Shown here: in pieces, positions 52,101 to 64,000 of the stretch
Numbering within the stretch: the stretch's first letter is position 1
Layout of the letters: each line of letters opens with the position of its first letter
DNA from: Antedon mediterranea
Lineage: Eukaryota; Animalia; Echinodermata
NCBI RefSeq assembly: GCF_964355755.1
Contig: NC_092675.1
Location: 16,340,912 to 16,404,911, forward strand
Direction: 5' to 3'
Length of the DNA stretch: 64,000 nucleotides
Program-made: the position numbers and the translations under genes
Notes under the pieces: generated by a model
The model's database searches: none
Seen by the model: only the letters and a program-made list of their open reading frames with translations
Told to the model about the DNA's origin: nothing

Positions 52101-55100
52101 TATATTTTGGCCTAAAACAATTATTGTATTGGCCACGTTTTGGATAAATCCCCCCCCCCCCCCCCCCCAAAAAAAAAAATGTCTAGATCTAGAAAACTCA
52201 GATATCTGACTCTTCTAGATCTAGAAAACTGAGATATCTGACTTTTCTAGATCTAGAAAACTTAGATATCAAGATCTGAGTTTTCTAGTTCCAGAATGGA
52301 ACTAGAAAGCATGCATGCCGGAACGGGTGGATAAATAAATAACAAGTTTGAACAAATGAGCTTGCGACAATCTTGGGTAAATTTATTAAACGTATAAGTC
52401 TACTTGTTTGGCGAATCCATGACCTTTAAATCATTTAACAAGTTCGTAATCGGATCGTAGTACTGTACAGTAAAACCAAAAAACACCTCTTTGCAGACAT
52501 TGGTAGAGTCCATTAATTATGAGGGTTTTTTAAAATGTGATAACTATTAAAGCGTGTCTCGACCGCTGTGTAATCAAAGCGTTTATTTAGTTAAAACTTG
52601 GATCCCCCCAAAATTGATAATCGCGTATTCCGGTTATCACATGATTGATTCACAGTTGGTTGCATGCTTATTTTTTTAATTTCCGGTGGAGGTGAAATAT
52701 ATTCGCCAATTTGGCGAATAAGACAACATTTTTTCACCATTTGGTGGCTCACAAAGAAAAAAAATGCCGACCTTCATTTTCGTCAGTTCAGGCATGGCCA
52801 ACACAATAGTTTGTTTTTTTTTAGCCTAATTGTCTAGTGCTTTATAATGAATGTGTGAGATTTTGGATGTTGCTGAAATTATGAATTTAGAAAAAAGAAT
52901 TCACATTTGCCTAGCATTATATAGCTAATGTGTTGCATGTTATTGGTGATGAATGAACAAAAATGTAGTCTTTTTTTGCTATTTCCCAACATACCAAATA
53001 CCCTGTATACATAGCCTGGAAACTTGGGATGTCTATAGATACTATGCATATTATAATATTAACAGTTACACTGTCTATATTGAAATATTTACAGTTACAG
53101 TATATACTGTACATTATTTGTGATAGTTTATATACTGTATGCTATTTTTGAATGCATGTTTTTATAAATAGCATGCACTTTTAACCACAAGTCTTTAATG
53201 AGCTCATAGTTTATGGATGTTGTTGAATTTATACCGAGTGCAGTGATTGACTAACTTAAATATAATTACCATTTGTTTAAATTGATATTGTACCTACAAA
53301 TATGTACCCTCTTATTAATGACATATTTATTTATTATATTAATAACTGTAGTACTGTATATGCTACAGTTTATATTAATATTCTCTTTCAATTTGTATAT
53401 ATTTATTTATTTGGAATTACCTTTAGAAATCAAAATACCTGTATAATCATTATTTCATAAACATACATTTCCATGGCCCAGGCAAAAATGAAAGTAGTAA
53501 AGCCTTTAACAACTGCCCGCTCCTAGTTAGCATGACTATTTAAAAAAAAAAATGTTTAAAGGTTTTGTGATTATACCAACCTGCCAAGATCATTTTAAAA
53601 CATTAAGATAATCATTGCATGTTATGTATACCATTGCTTGTACTGACATTCATATTTTTTCCTTTCCAAATTTTCATCCTCTACTCCATCTTTCACTCCA
53701 TCTATTGTTGTGGCCATTCTTTGCCGAAACCAAATCTTATACAGGCCTTATCGCTACAGCGACTCAACTACAATGTACACGCAAGCACCGCAAGTCCAAG
53801 GAACAACGTACTTCACCGCTCCTGCTGGTAGCACGGCCGGGGTTGTAGTATCGACCGGCTCCGTCGGAAATGTGCAAACGATTGGAACGTCAAATTCCGT
53901 TATCGGAGGATCCACAGTGTTGGGAAACACAACAGGTCTATTGGGTACACATATTATTTCCGGTTCACCGATCATTACAAACCAGGGTAATACATATGTG
54001 GTGGCCGGTCATATGGATGACCATCATTTGTCACCAATTAGTCACATGACCAGAGCATCGCCGGCAACAGTAAGTGGACATGTGAGCAATTCCTCTTTAC
54101 TAACATTCTTAATATCAATATTATCTAGTGTATATTTTTTGTTTTTAATTAACGAAAAGTTTTAATATGTTGATTCATTTATAGTTTAAATTGTTAAAAT
54201 GTATTCATTTCAAGTAGATATGTGGTTAATGCTAGAATCATTTTGAATTTATCTATTTTAATGATGATTTGATACATCCATATCTGTTTTTTAAACAAAC
54301 CACCTTTTAAGTTATATTTGTATTTGCTTTAGGTCTATTCGTTATATTTTATCTGTTTATAAATAAGCGTTTTCTTCTTTTTTACAGGTACAATGGCTTA
54401 TTGATAATTACGAAACAGCAGAGGGAGTGAGCCTTCCCAGAAGTACTCTGTATGCCCATTACTTAAGGCATTGTACCGAGCAGAAACTTGACCCAGTCAA
54501 CGCCGCATCGTTTGGAAAACTCATCCGATCTGTGTTCCTGGGCTTGAGGACTAGACGTTTGGGTACAAGGCAAGTTAAAATCACATGCAATGTCTTAAAA
54601 ATTCGTAACTTTAACATATTGACACTTTGCCATATACCTGCATTTAAAATGAAGTTGAAATTTGTCGTTTTTAACAATTTATCCTATAATTTATTTTTTA
54701 ATATTATTTTACCCAACAGAGGCAATTCTAAGTATCATTATTATGGGATTCGAATAAAGAGCTCGTCTACACTTAACATGTACCAGGATGAAATTGGCCA
54801 CACAGCAATGCGTCAACAACCTTTAAACACTGGAAAAAGGTTTGTGCTTAATGGAGTGGTTGGGTAGGGGGAGGGGGGATTGGGGCCGGAGCGCAGACAG
54901 TGATTCATTTACTATTGGTAATCTTTGGCCACCTGTGCCTCAATACAGAAAATAAATACTGTACAAGTTAAGAAATCATATCAGTCATAAGATTGTACTG
55001 TTAAAATATTTATTCCCTCTCATTAATACAGATACAGATTCATTTATTGTCCAATATAAATGGAAATTACGGTGCTCATAAATTATCTTGTCTTGCCTAA

Positions 55101-58100
55101 AAAATAAATAAATATAATGCGGACTGTCTAACAAACGTGTTATAATGCAGCTGGGTAGAACAAGTATTTGTAACGCATTCACCGTCCTCATTCTACCACT
55201 AACGATAACAGAGCCGATAATGTCGTTATAAAGAGGATGGTTGGTGTCTTCCAATATAACATGAAACCCATCAGAAAGACGTTCGCTGTAGAACCAATTA
55301 CTTTTCAATTCGGTCTTTATCCCCTTTACTGATATTCTCTGCCCAGCCCAACATACAATAACCTAAATAGATAACATCACTGATGAGTAAAAACATTCTA
55401 CAAATATCCTGCTTCAACCCAAACTAACTGAGTTTCCTCAAGCAGTACAGCCTTGACTATGGTCAACATGATCCCCCCCCCCCCCCCATTTAAGCTTATA
55501 ATCAAATACCACTCCCAGATACTTATAATTGTTAACAATCTCCTTTGCTTTAATGTATACCAGGTCCATACTGTCAGACCTACTGTGTTTTCGAAAATCA
55601 ATCCGCATTTCTTTCGTTTCATTTATATTTAGTTTAAGAAAATTATGGCCACAGTAATCGGTAAATTCTAATAATCTCAGAAAGGTATAGAGAAGAATTG
55701 TTATTAATAATAATAACTATAGCCGAGTCATCTGCAAATTCAGGGATATCGACCTAAAGTCTGACGTGTATAGAGTAAACAAAAAAGGTGCCAATACGGT
55801 ACCTTGGGGTGCACCAGTACTAGTACGCACAGTATCGGAAATATTTTTCTGTAACTTTACATACTGGCTACTTTCGACTAAAAAATTAAACACAAACGAA
55901 ATTAAAACACTTGGAACATTCATATCAAATAATTTATGAACTATTTTATGTGTGGTTGAATTGTGTTAAATGCGGAACTAAAATCAAAGTACATAACCCT
56001 AACACAAGGGTTCATTCCAGTCATCTAAATGATGGTACATTTGGTGGAGCTTATATATCAAAGCGTCTTCAGTCCTCCTGTTTGTGCAGTAAGCGAATTA
56101 GAGTGGGTCATCAAGATAATCCACAACTGATAACTTAAGCCTATTTAACACAATTTTTTCACACATCTTCATAAGCACAGAGGTCAGTGCAACTGGTCTA
56201 AGATCATTTTAACAACTAATAGGATGTTGTATTGGAATTGGAATTAAACATAGTTGTTTCGAGTATAAAATCATAGTCATTTAATGAGTTACTAATCGTA
56301 TATTTAGTTTCCAATCTTTTACTCCAGAAATCGTATTTGTCAAATCTATTATTCATTAAGATCATTTGCATATTGTTTGGTACTTTTGATATTATTGCTC
56401 TTTGCTTGAGACTTGTTATATCCGGTCATTTCACGCATTCCGCGCCACACTTGCTTCATATTATTACTTTTGAATTTGCTTTCGACTTCATTTTTGTACT
56501 CTAATTTGTTCTTGCGTATTACTCGTTTCAACTCCTTCTGAATACTTTTAGCTTGGGCAACTTCACCATTATTAAAAGCTCGTCTTTTTTGCTTAATTAT
56601 CTTCATTTTATCGATCCATGGTTTAAAATTACTATACACTTTTACTTTCTTAATTGGGATTACATTATCTCTACAAAAGTTGATATAATCAGTAACAGTT
56701 TCTGCCAATTCATCCACATTCTCAGAATTGTCCTTGAAAATATTCCAGTCTGTCATTTCGAACTCAAATTGAAGCTGTTCAATTGCTTCATTAGACCACT
56801 TCTTTAATACCGTAACCATCTTTGGCTTTTGACGCTGGATCTTTGGGCGGTACTTTGGTTGTAGATGCACCAAGTTATGATCTGATAAACCCAGGTTAGG
56901 TAATTTCTGTGAAATGAAGGGATCCTTTACGTTTGAATAACAGAGATCAAGTGTAGCTTCGCCCCTTGTACTGCACTTAATGTGTGGGTAAAAATAAATA
57001 CTGCTCATAATGTACAGTGGTTAAAGTCCCCGCTCACGACGATAAAAGCATCAGGATACGCAATTTCTTGTCTGGTGGTATGTACACCGTTACCATGATT
57101 ACGTGCAACAATTCCCTAGGGATATAGTACGGATGACAACACCATAATTTCAATATGGGGCAGACAAAACTTTTTTTGTTGAACATTATTTGGATGACAG
57201 TAACTTTCATTAAGGTATACAATAACTCCTCCTTCATTCTTCTTTCCTGATGAGTTCATCCTATCACCTCAAAATAACTGGAACCCACAAATCTCAAAAT
57301 GTTCATCCGTCTATAATAGATAAAAGGGTCCATTTACAAATCTGATTTCTAAAGAAAAGATCTAGACACACCCCCCAAAACACATACAAATAATTTGATT
57401 CTACATTGGAAAATCTGTGGCATTAAAAACTTTCTTTGGTTTATTTAGATTCAAGCCCCACAATCTACAAACTATTGGTGATAGTAAAGACATAACAACT
57501 ACAGATGAGCAGTCATCCACTGTTGTTGAACCACAGCCTCAAACACAAACGCAGCAACATCAACAGTTCCTTGGTGATGCTTCACTGGCCTTGCCTTCAT
57601 TTGACGAGATTAATTTTAACGGAAGTGAACTACCTGAGGGAATAACTAAAGCTGATATTGTCATGTTTAAGACACTTTACAGAGAACATTGTGAGGTATG
57701 TAATATAAAATGTAAATGAATGGTACAATATTTAAATATCACCAGGAGTTTATTGACTTCTGTGTGAATATGATTGTATATTTTGTTGTTTTATTACCTC
57801 CACCAGAACAATGGCGAAAGGTTATGTGGTTGATCGCGTGCGTTTTTTTTTTGTTACTGCCCGACTTTCATAACATTTTAAAGGATGGTTTCATAGCTGT
57901 ATGGGAACACGTCATTAAATTTTCATTTACCTAGGCTGAGGTTTGTGCTCTCCGAGTGTCCTCCAATAAATCTACTAGTGTTTTGTTTAATTTAAATTAT
58001 CACAACTTCTATTCCATCTCTTTAGGCTGTTTTAGATGTAGTTGTAAATCTTCAATTCTCATTAATTGAAGCTCTTTGGCAGACTTTCTGGAGGAATCCA

Positions 58101-61100
58101 CCAGCAGATAGCCCGACCAATACAAAGTAAGTTCAACCTTGTATGACTATTATTTTATTAAAACGACCAAATGTACACAATATCAGCCCAGCTTAGATTA
58201 TTTACATGCCTGTTCAATATCGACATTTAGGTCAAAAACAAGCCTGGAAGGGTAAAGATAAATATAGTTATTTTTTGTTTACATTTTACAGCGAAGCAGA
58301 TCCAGAAAAGAGGTTGCCAAAAGCCAAGTTAATAACTTTGTCTAAATCACAGCCAATTCTCAACTATATCAAGCATTATGATCATGTCCTCTACCAAGGC
58401 TTGGTGGAGGTTCTTATACCTGACGTTCTTAGACCTATTCCAAGTAAGTAACATATAATTAGTTTTACTAATAATAATCTTGATTAAATAAATTGAATCA
58501 CATAAAGAAAGCTACTGTTTTATTTATCAGTTTACAAATACTTATTTTTTATTATATTAACATAGGTGCCTTGACTCAAGCCATTAGAAATTTTGCAAAA
58601 AGTTTAGAAACCTGGTTGAAGAATAGCATGACAGGTATACCTCATGAAATGTACACTATGAAGGTAAAGTTTTACATCATCATTGTCAGTTAATGTTTGT
58701 GCATGCCTACAGACCAATCTGCGGTGTGATAGCTTCTATAAACCAAATTTCGATGAAAGATGGGGTTACGCAGATATTGTTACGGCATAATACTTTGTAA
58801 TCTGTTATTGCCATAGTGCTTCAGGTTACTCATCATCTAACTAACCAAAACGGAACTACAATGCAGTAGACCCCTATTAAGGGGACAACAAAGTGTCTCC
58901 TGTTAACTGTAGTATTAAAACATGTATATCCCCTTGTTCGTTTTAACATGAAAATGCCTTTTAATAGTGGTTTCCATTGAATAGGATTTCCCAAACAAGG
59001 AGGTCTACAGTAACTAGAATTAACTAATTTATTTGCCTGCTACTTTTTGTACTGAACTGCTAATAGATTTTTATTTTGATATTTGCAGAATGGAGTAGTG
59101 ACAGCGTTTGCACAGACCTTGCGTCGGTATACATCTCTGAACCATCTTGCCCAGGCTGCAAGAGCCGTTTTGCAAAATACCTCACAAATTAGTCAGATGT
59201 TGAGTGATCTTAACAGGGTAGATTTTGCTAATGTTCAGGTAAATCTAATTGTTTAGACATAATTTATTACATACAACTTTGCAAATACAATTTCCATTTC
59301 TCTACAATTGGTATAACTTTGTGTTAATTGTTTATGCAATACAGAATGTTTTGAATGATTTTTTTAAGTCATTATCAGTTTCAAATAATAGAAGAAAAAT
59401 CTTCTATTTAGAATAAAATGTGTCTCTAGAATGAACAAATTAAACTTATGAAATGAAAATATCAAACTCGCCAGTGCCCTCTCTAAAACTCTGTCTACAC
59501 TATCAAACTAGTTTGACAAAAATATGGTAGTGAGATGCCCAAATATGGTAGTGATAAGACATCATCATGTCCATATATGGGCACAACACATTTTTTTCAC
59601 AAACAATAACAGATTTAACTTTATTATGATTAACAGGAGCAAGCATCGTGGGTGTGTCAATGTGAGGATCAAATGGTGCAACGTTTAGAGCAAGATTTTA
59701 AGAACACACTCCAGCAGCAGAACTCATTGGAGCAGTGGGCAGCATGGTTAGAGAGTGTTGTCACTCAAGTACTCAAACCTCATGAAAACTCACCAAACTT
59801 TGCCAAGGCCGCAAGACAGTTTCTGCTAAAGTGGTCATTCTACAGGTGAGAGCTACAGACACCCAGGGTCCCATTCTCAGTACACTATATGACAATAATT
59901 GCTCAGTATCATAGGAAAATTTGGTAATATTATGTAGGCTATGATCTATGATATTAGGTGATACATGTGATGCAGTATTACAGAATTTTCCTATGAGATT
60001 TAGAATATGGTCACATACAGTCTGTTCAGGATGGCAAGTTAGTTAGTTAGTTTCATGGGCACACTAACTTTGCTTGATAAGTCACCAACTTATTCAGATA
60101 AATAACCTGCCTGATTAAACCCATACACTGTGATAATAATTACATCCTTTTCTGTGTTTTTAATTATGATAGTATTTAATTCATTTTTAATGCATGTTTG
60201 TAGCTTTCATCCTCATCATCAAACATATTTTGCGATGTTTTGTGTTCCTTTTTAATATTTTATTGTATGTGTATACACAGACTGTATATTGAATTTTGTT
60301 GCATTTAAATGCACTAAATGTCAACCAAATATAAGACCTTTGTAAAACAAAGTATAAACAGAAAATTTGGAATGTAAGTAACTTAAAATCTGGAGCAGAG
60401 CTTGTCTCATTTGCCCTTAATTAATATTGTTAGTATAGTAACATAATGGAAAAACAAATTAGGTAGTACTTTTGTGGTCAATTGCAAAAAAAATAAAATA
60501 AATTACAGGTTTATCGTAATATATTTTATATGATAATGATAATATTTGATTACATTTACAGCTCAATGGTGATTCGTGACCTAACTCTTAGAAGTGCTGC
60601 TAGTTTTGGATCATTTCACTTAATCCGTCTCCTTTATGATGAGTACATGTTTTACTTGATTGAACACAGAGTTGCATCGGCAACAGGTGAAACCCCTATT
60701 GCTGTAATGGGTAAGTCCATACCTTTTTTTTTTATCCCAGAGATCAAATTAACATTTAGCACAAATCCATACTAAAAAGAAACCGTTATTTAAGTCAGTA
60801 TGCCTGAATGAAAAGAGTTTCACAATATTGAAATGTTGCCCAAACTAAGTCGATATAAATCCATTTTGAGCATTAAAATTATAAAACCATTATAAAGCCA
60901 ATTTACACAGATAAACGGTAAGCGGAAAACAAACAAAAATATAATGTGTTTTCTTATGACCATTTACACAGAATGTGGAGCAGGTGGGTGGTTGAGCGGA
61001 AATTCCGCTCAGGATAGAAATCGATTCTTACACGGCCTTGGTCTCTCTTTTGGATGAATTTCTTTGTTGCTTGAAATTGACTACATGAGTAATTTTCTAT

Positions 61101-61275
61101 AACACAATCTAAATGACTGATATTATCCATTTGTTGTACAGATAAAGTAGACAGCCGAGGTGTAAAAAAATACTCATCGTCTGTTAATCACATGGATGCC
61201 ATCCAAGCTGACGTCAATGAGCAAACAAACGGTGAACCAGATGCCAAGAAGGCCAAGACGGAAATAAGTTTATAG
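49150..61275 (+). CDS. RFX3: RFX1/2/3-subfamily winged-helix transcription factor (DAF-19-like), 13 coding exons, 722 aa
   Basis: Exons 49150-49285, 51056-51221, 53745-54069, 54388-54569, 54720-54839, 57449-57695, 58026-58126, 58292-58443, 58566-58663, 59089-59238, 59637-59845, 60562-60710 and 61142-61275 splice in frame (2169 nt). DNA-binding domain RASPATVQWL...[37 protein letters not shown]; B/C and dimerisation motifs LYREHCE, LTQAIRNFAK, LRRYTSLNHLAQAAR, RDLTLRSAASFGSFHL. The symbol denotes the RFX1/2/3 co-orthologue. Confidence 0.93.
49836..50461. mobile_element. Kolobok-type MITE (TTAA TSD), copy 2, in RFX intron
   Basis: TTAA|AGACCCCTTCCCT...AGGGAATGGGGCT|TTAA; colinear with 33308-33919. 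Confidence 0.85.
52182..52308. repeat. Palindromic TCTAGATCTAGAAAACTCAGATATC repeat fragment
   Basis: Same family as 17456-17562 and 18838-19036. Confidence 0.65.
54985..57310 (-). mobile_element. Degenerate Rex1/Babar-clade LINE in RFX intron, antisense
   Basis: ORF fragments: PYYIPRE..VTVYIPP, TRGEATLDLCYSN, LGLSDHNLVHL, NFKPWI, GAPQGTVLAPFLFTLYTSD, ILEDTNHPL; many deletions and frameshifts. Confidence 0.85.
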
Positions 61276-64000
61276 GTTGAATAGTAGAATAAAAAATGCC
61301 AAGTTCACATATTTATTGCCAAGTAATAAATATCAGGGGTTGTTAATGTTGAGTGCAGCAGGGGCAGTTTAATCAAATGTTAAGCCATTTTAAAAGTGTA
61401 TGCTTAAATTGCTTTTATAAAAGGCAAGACGACGATTGGTTTTTAATTGTGTTGTGATCTGTTTTTAAAGTTAAATGTCTAGATATCAAAAGCCTCAATT
61501 TGGGATGTTATTTAGGTAACACACTGTAGTTGGTTTTGTTAATGTACGTATACACCACCTATTGATAACAAATCGTTTTTAAATGATTGTACTGTATATT
61601 ATGAATACTGTACTACTTTTAGGTTAAAAACCTAGTAATAAGTAGAACAAATAAATGTGGTCACTGAATGAAATTGGTTTAGTTACAGATTAAATTGTCA
61701 AATACAGTTTTTAGTTAGATTAGAATAGTGTTTAAGATATGCTGTTTATTTATGTGTGTGTAAATTTGAATGACGTTTGACTCTAGACATACAGTATAGG
61801 TAAAATTGGATTTTATGTTTCTGAAATATATGAATATATTTATTTGTTCTTCATATAACTTATGACTATTTGTACTTTCATTAGAACAAAAGTATGAATA
61901 GACAATGAGTTAACCAAACTCAACCTAAACAACATCTATAAGATGTACAAATAAATGATAACTATAGTGTTTTTATTAAGTCTTTCATTGACTATCGTTG
62001 AAGTTAGAGGTACATTTTTGTATTTATAAATTTGTATAGTAGTTATATTATTTGTATTATAGTAGGGATTTTGTTGAATGGTGTGTGTAGATAGGTTTAA
62101 AATTTATCAATGTGTGCCGAAAAATAAATATTTTATTGCTGAAAGTTTAGGCATAAAAAAGATTGTTTTTCAAATATGTGAGCTAACATGGGGGAATGAC
62201 TTGCAGTATATTGTCTATTAAATATAATCTACAATCTTGCCCATTTGTTATATTATTAAAAGCTTGCTTCATAAACTGGTGACAATCTTTTTTAGGCCTT
62301 ATTAATAATATTTAGTATGGGAATTATATCATGGTTTTGTTTTATCAACTGCATGTGAATTATAATAATTATTTTTAATGAGTTAATTATATGCATTGCA
62401 CTTTAATTTTTGTAATAAATGCTGAATGTGATGTGGCGAAAAAATGTTATACGAAATCAATATTTAACTATGCATACATCAAATTTGAATATATTTCTTT
62501 TTTATCAAATAGAATTTTTTGGCCAAACAATAATAATTACGCGAGGAAAATAAATATGCATAAATGACATAGTAACTATGTAATATTCAAAGTGGCTTAT
62601 AAGGTATGTATATAATGAGAAATGTAAGAAAGAATTTTGCGTTTTGCTCAAAATTGGGTAAAAAACTTGAAATAGGTGAAATACATAGTGTTCTATGCAT
62701 TGCAGATATAAAGTGATGAGTTGACGTTTATTTTTGGATAACAGAAAAATACTTTGTACAGTATTTTTTTTAAATATTACCAAAGCTTTGCTATTTAAAA
62801 CCTGTTCCTACTGTGTATAGACTGTTGCCAAGCATCGCTTGACGCCGCCTGATGTACAATTATCATCTACTGTAACACCAAAAAATGATATGAGAGCATA
62901 GAATTAGAGATTACACTACATTGTATATAGATTACAGTAATATATTTCATTTTTACTAGTGTTTTCTATCTCCCCACATTTCTTTAGTATTTTCAATATC
63001 AGTACTAAGCACTTTGGATTCTTTCACCTCGTATATTACCACATACTGTATAGCTGTGAAATATATAGGTGAAAAAAATATTTGTTAAAAGTAAACCCTT
63101 TCCTATATTTCTGGGTTTTTTTTCTGGACAATGAGAAATTACTTTGAAATTGTAATTTTCAAATGTAATTTCTTAACTTGTTATGTATGTAACACTCATT
63201 ATATTTAATAGTTGCTTTTTTTTTACCGAAACACAAGAATAAGACTTGACGGTAGTTTTATTCAACACCGATAACAAACGTTGCATCAAGATTTATTAAA
63301 GGTATTATTTTATATTGTGGCAGTGTACGTGTAATTTAAAATAACTTGCAATTTTGTTACATTTTAATCCTAGATTTGTATCAATGGTATGTATTGTATC
63401 TATGTCTGGTTGAAGTTTGTATAAGTAGATAGGCTATATTATTAGGCTATGTTTTAAGCATTTTAGAATTTACCTTAAATCACAATGAACTCTTTATTAT
63501 CTCCACTAGAATTTTTTTTTTACAGTACAGACAATGTCTTATACACAGTCAACTGGTATAGCTAGTTTCAAGTTAAATTTTTCTGTTTGATGTCCAAAAT
63601 GTCTTGAGATTATAATATTGTACTAGTGAGTAATCTATCATTAAAAGAGTTTTAAATTTGACCCATCACACAATACCTACGCTCCAATGTTCAGGGATGG
63701 TAATTCAACATGCCCTATTTGTAAATTAGGGGACTGTTATCAACTTACCATTGCAATTTTATTCCGAGTACAGGCCCAACTCGCAAGTCAAAGAATAGTA
63801 AAAGTGAATACCGCTTGAAAGAAAATACTTTGAACTAGGTAAATACTAAAGTGTGATTGGCAACATATTGGACCAACACAAGGGTGTTTTGTTTGATAAA
63901 GTTGACTCTTAATTATATAATTGTTTGCTTTGAAATGAAATACGGTATTTTTACTTGTCTCCTTGAAATGGTGTAATTTAGAAAATAAATGTTAGCTATT

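Noticed and set aside
61276-64000. Further gene or ncRNA downstream of RFX (ORF 62505-62783)
   Set aside because: AT-rich sequence with AATAAA signals consistent with a 3' UTR or intergenic DNA; the ORF lacks recognisable motifs.

Overview
AT-rich metazoan genomic DNA with spliceosomal introns; the repeat content (Nin/Deu-type SINE, Helitrons, Kolobok/Harbinger-type MITEs) suggests a marine invertebrate, possibly an echinoderm (inference). Four host genes: DPH2 (minus strand, 6 coding exons, 503 aa), two paralogous stand-alone NHL/beta-propeller ORFs, and an RFX1/2/3-type (DAF-19-like) transcription factor (13 coding exons, 722 aa). DPH2 and RFX each need one GC-AG intron. Most remaining DNA is transposon-derived: three LINE relics, a foldback-like element with 97-bp repeat arms, a head-to-tail Helitron dimer, a self-nested MITE cluster, a four-level nested DNA-transposon stack and two apparently identical inverted 2,064-bp elements. 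Most notable: (i) short TA-N(3-4)-TA insertions (TACAGTA, TACCGTA, TAGGCCTA) that in-window comparisons show replaced a single TA, resembling transposon excision footprints; (ii) an RFX X-box cluster upstream of the RFX CDS; (iii) mosaic divergence of the NHL paralogues. No CRISPR, rRNA or prokaryote-type system is supported. All coordinates were read by eye.
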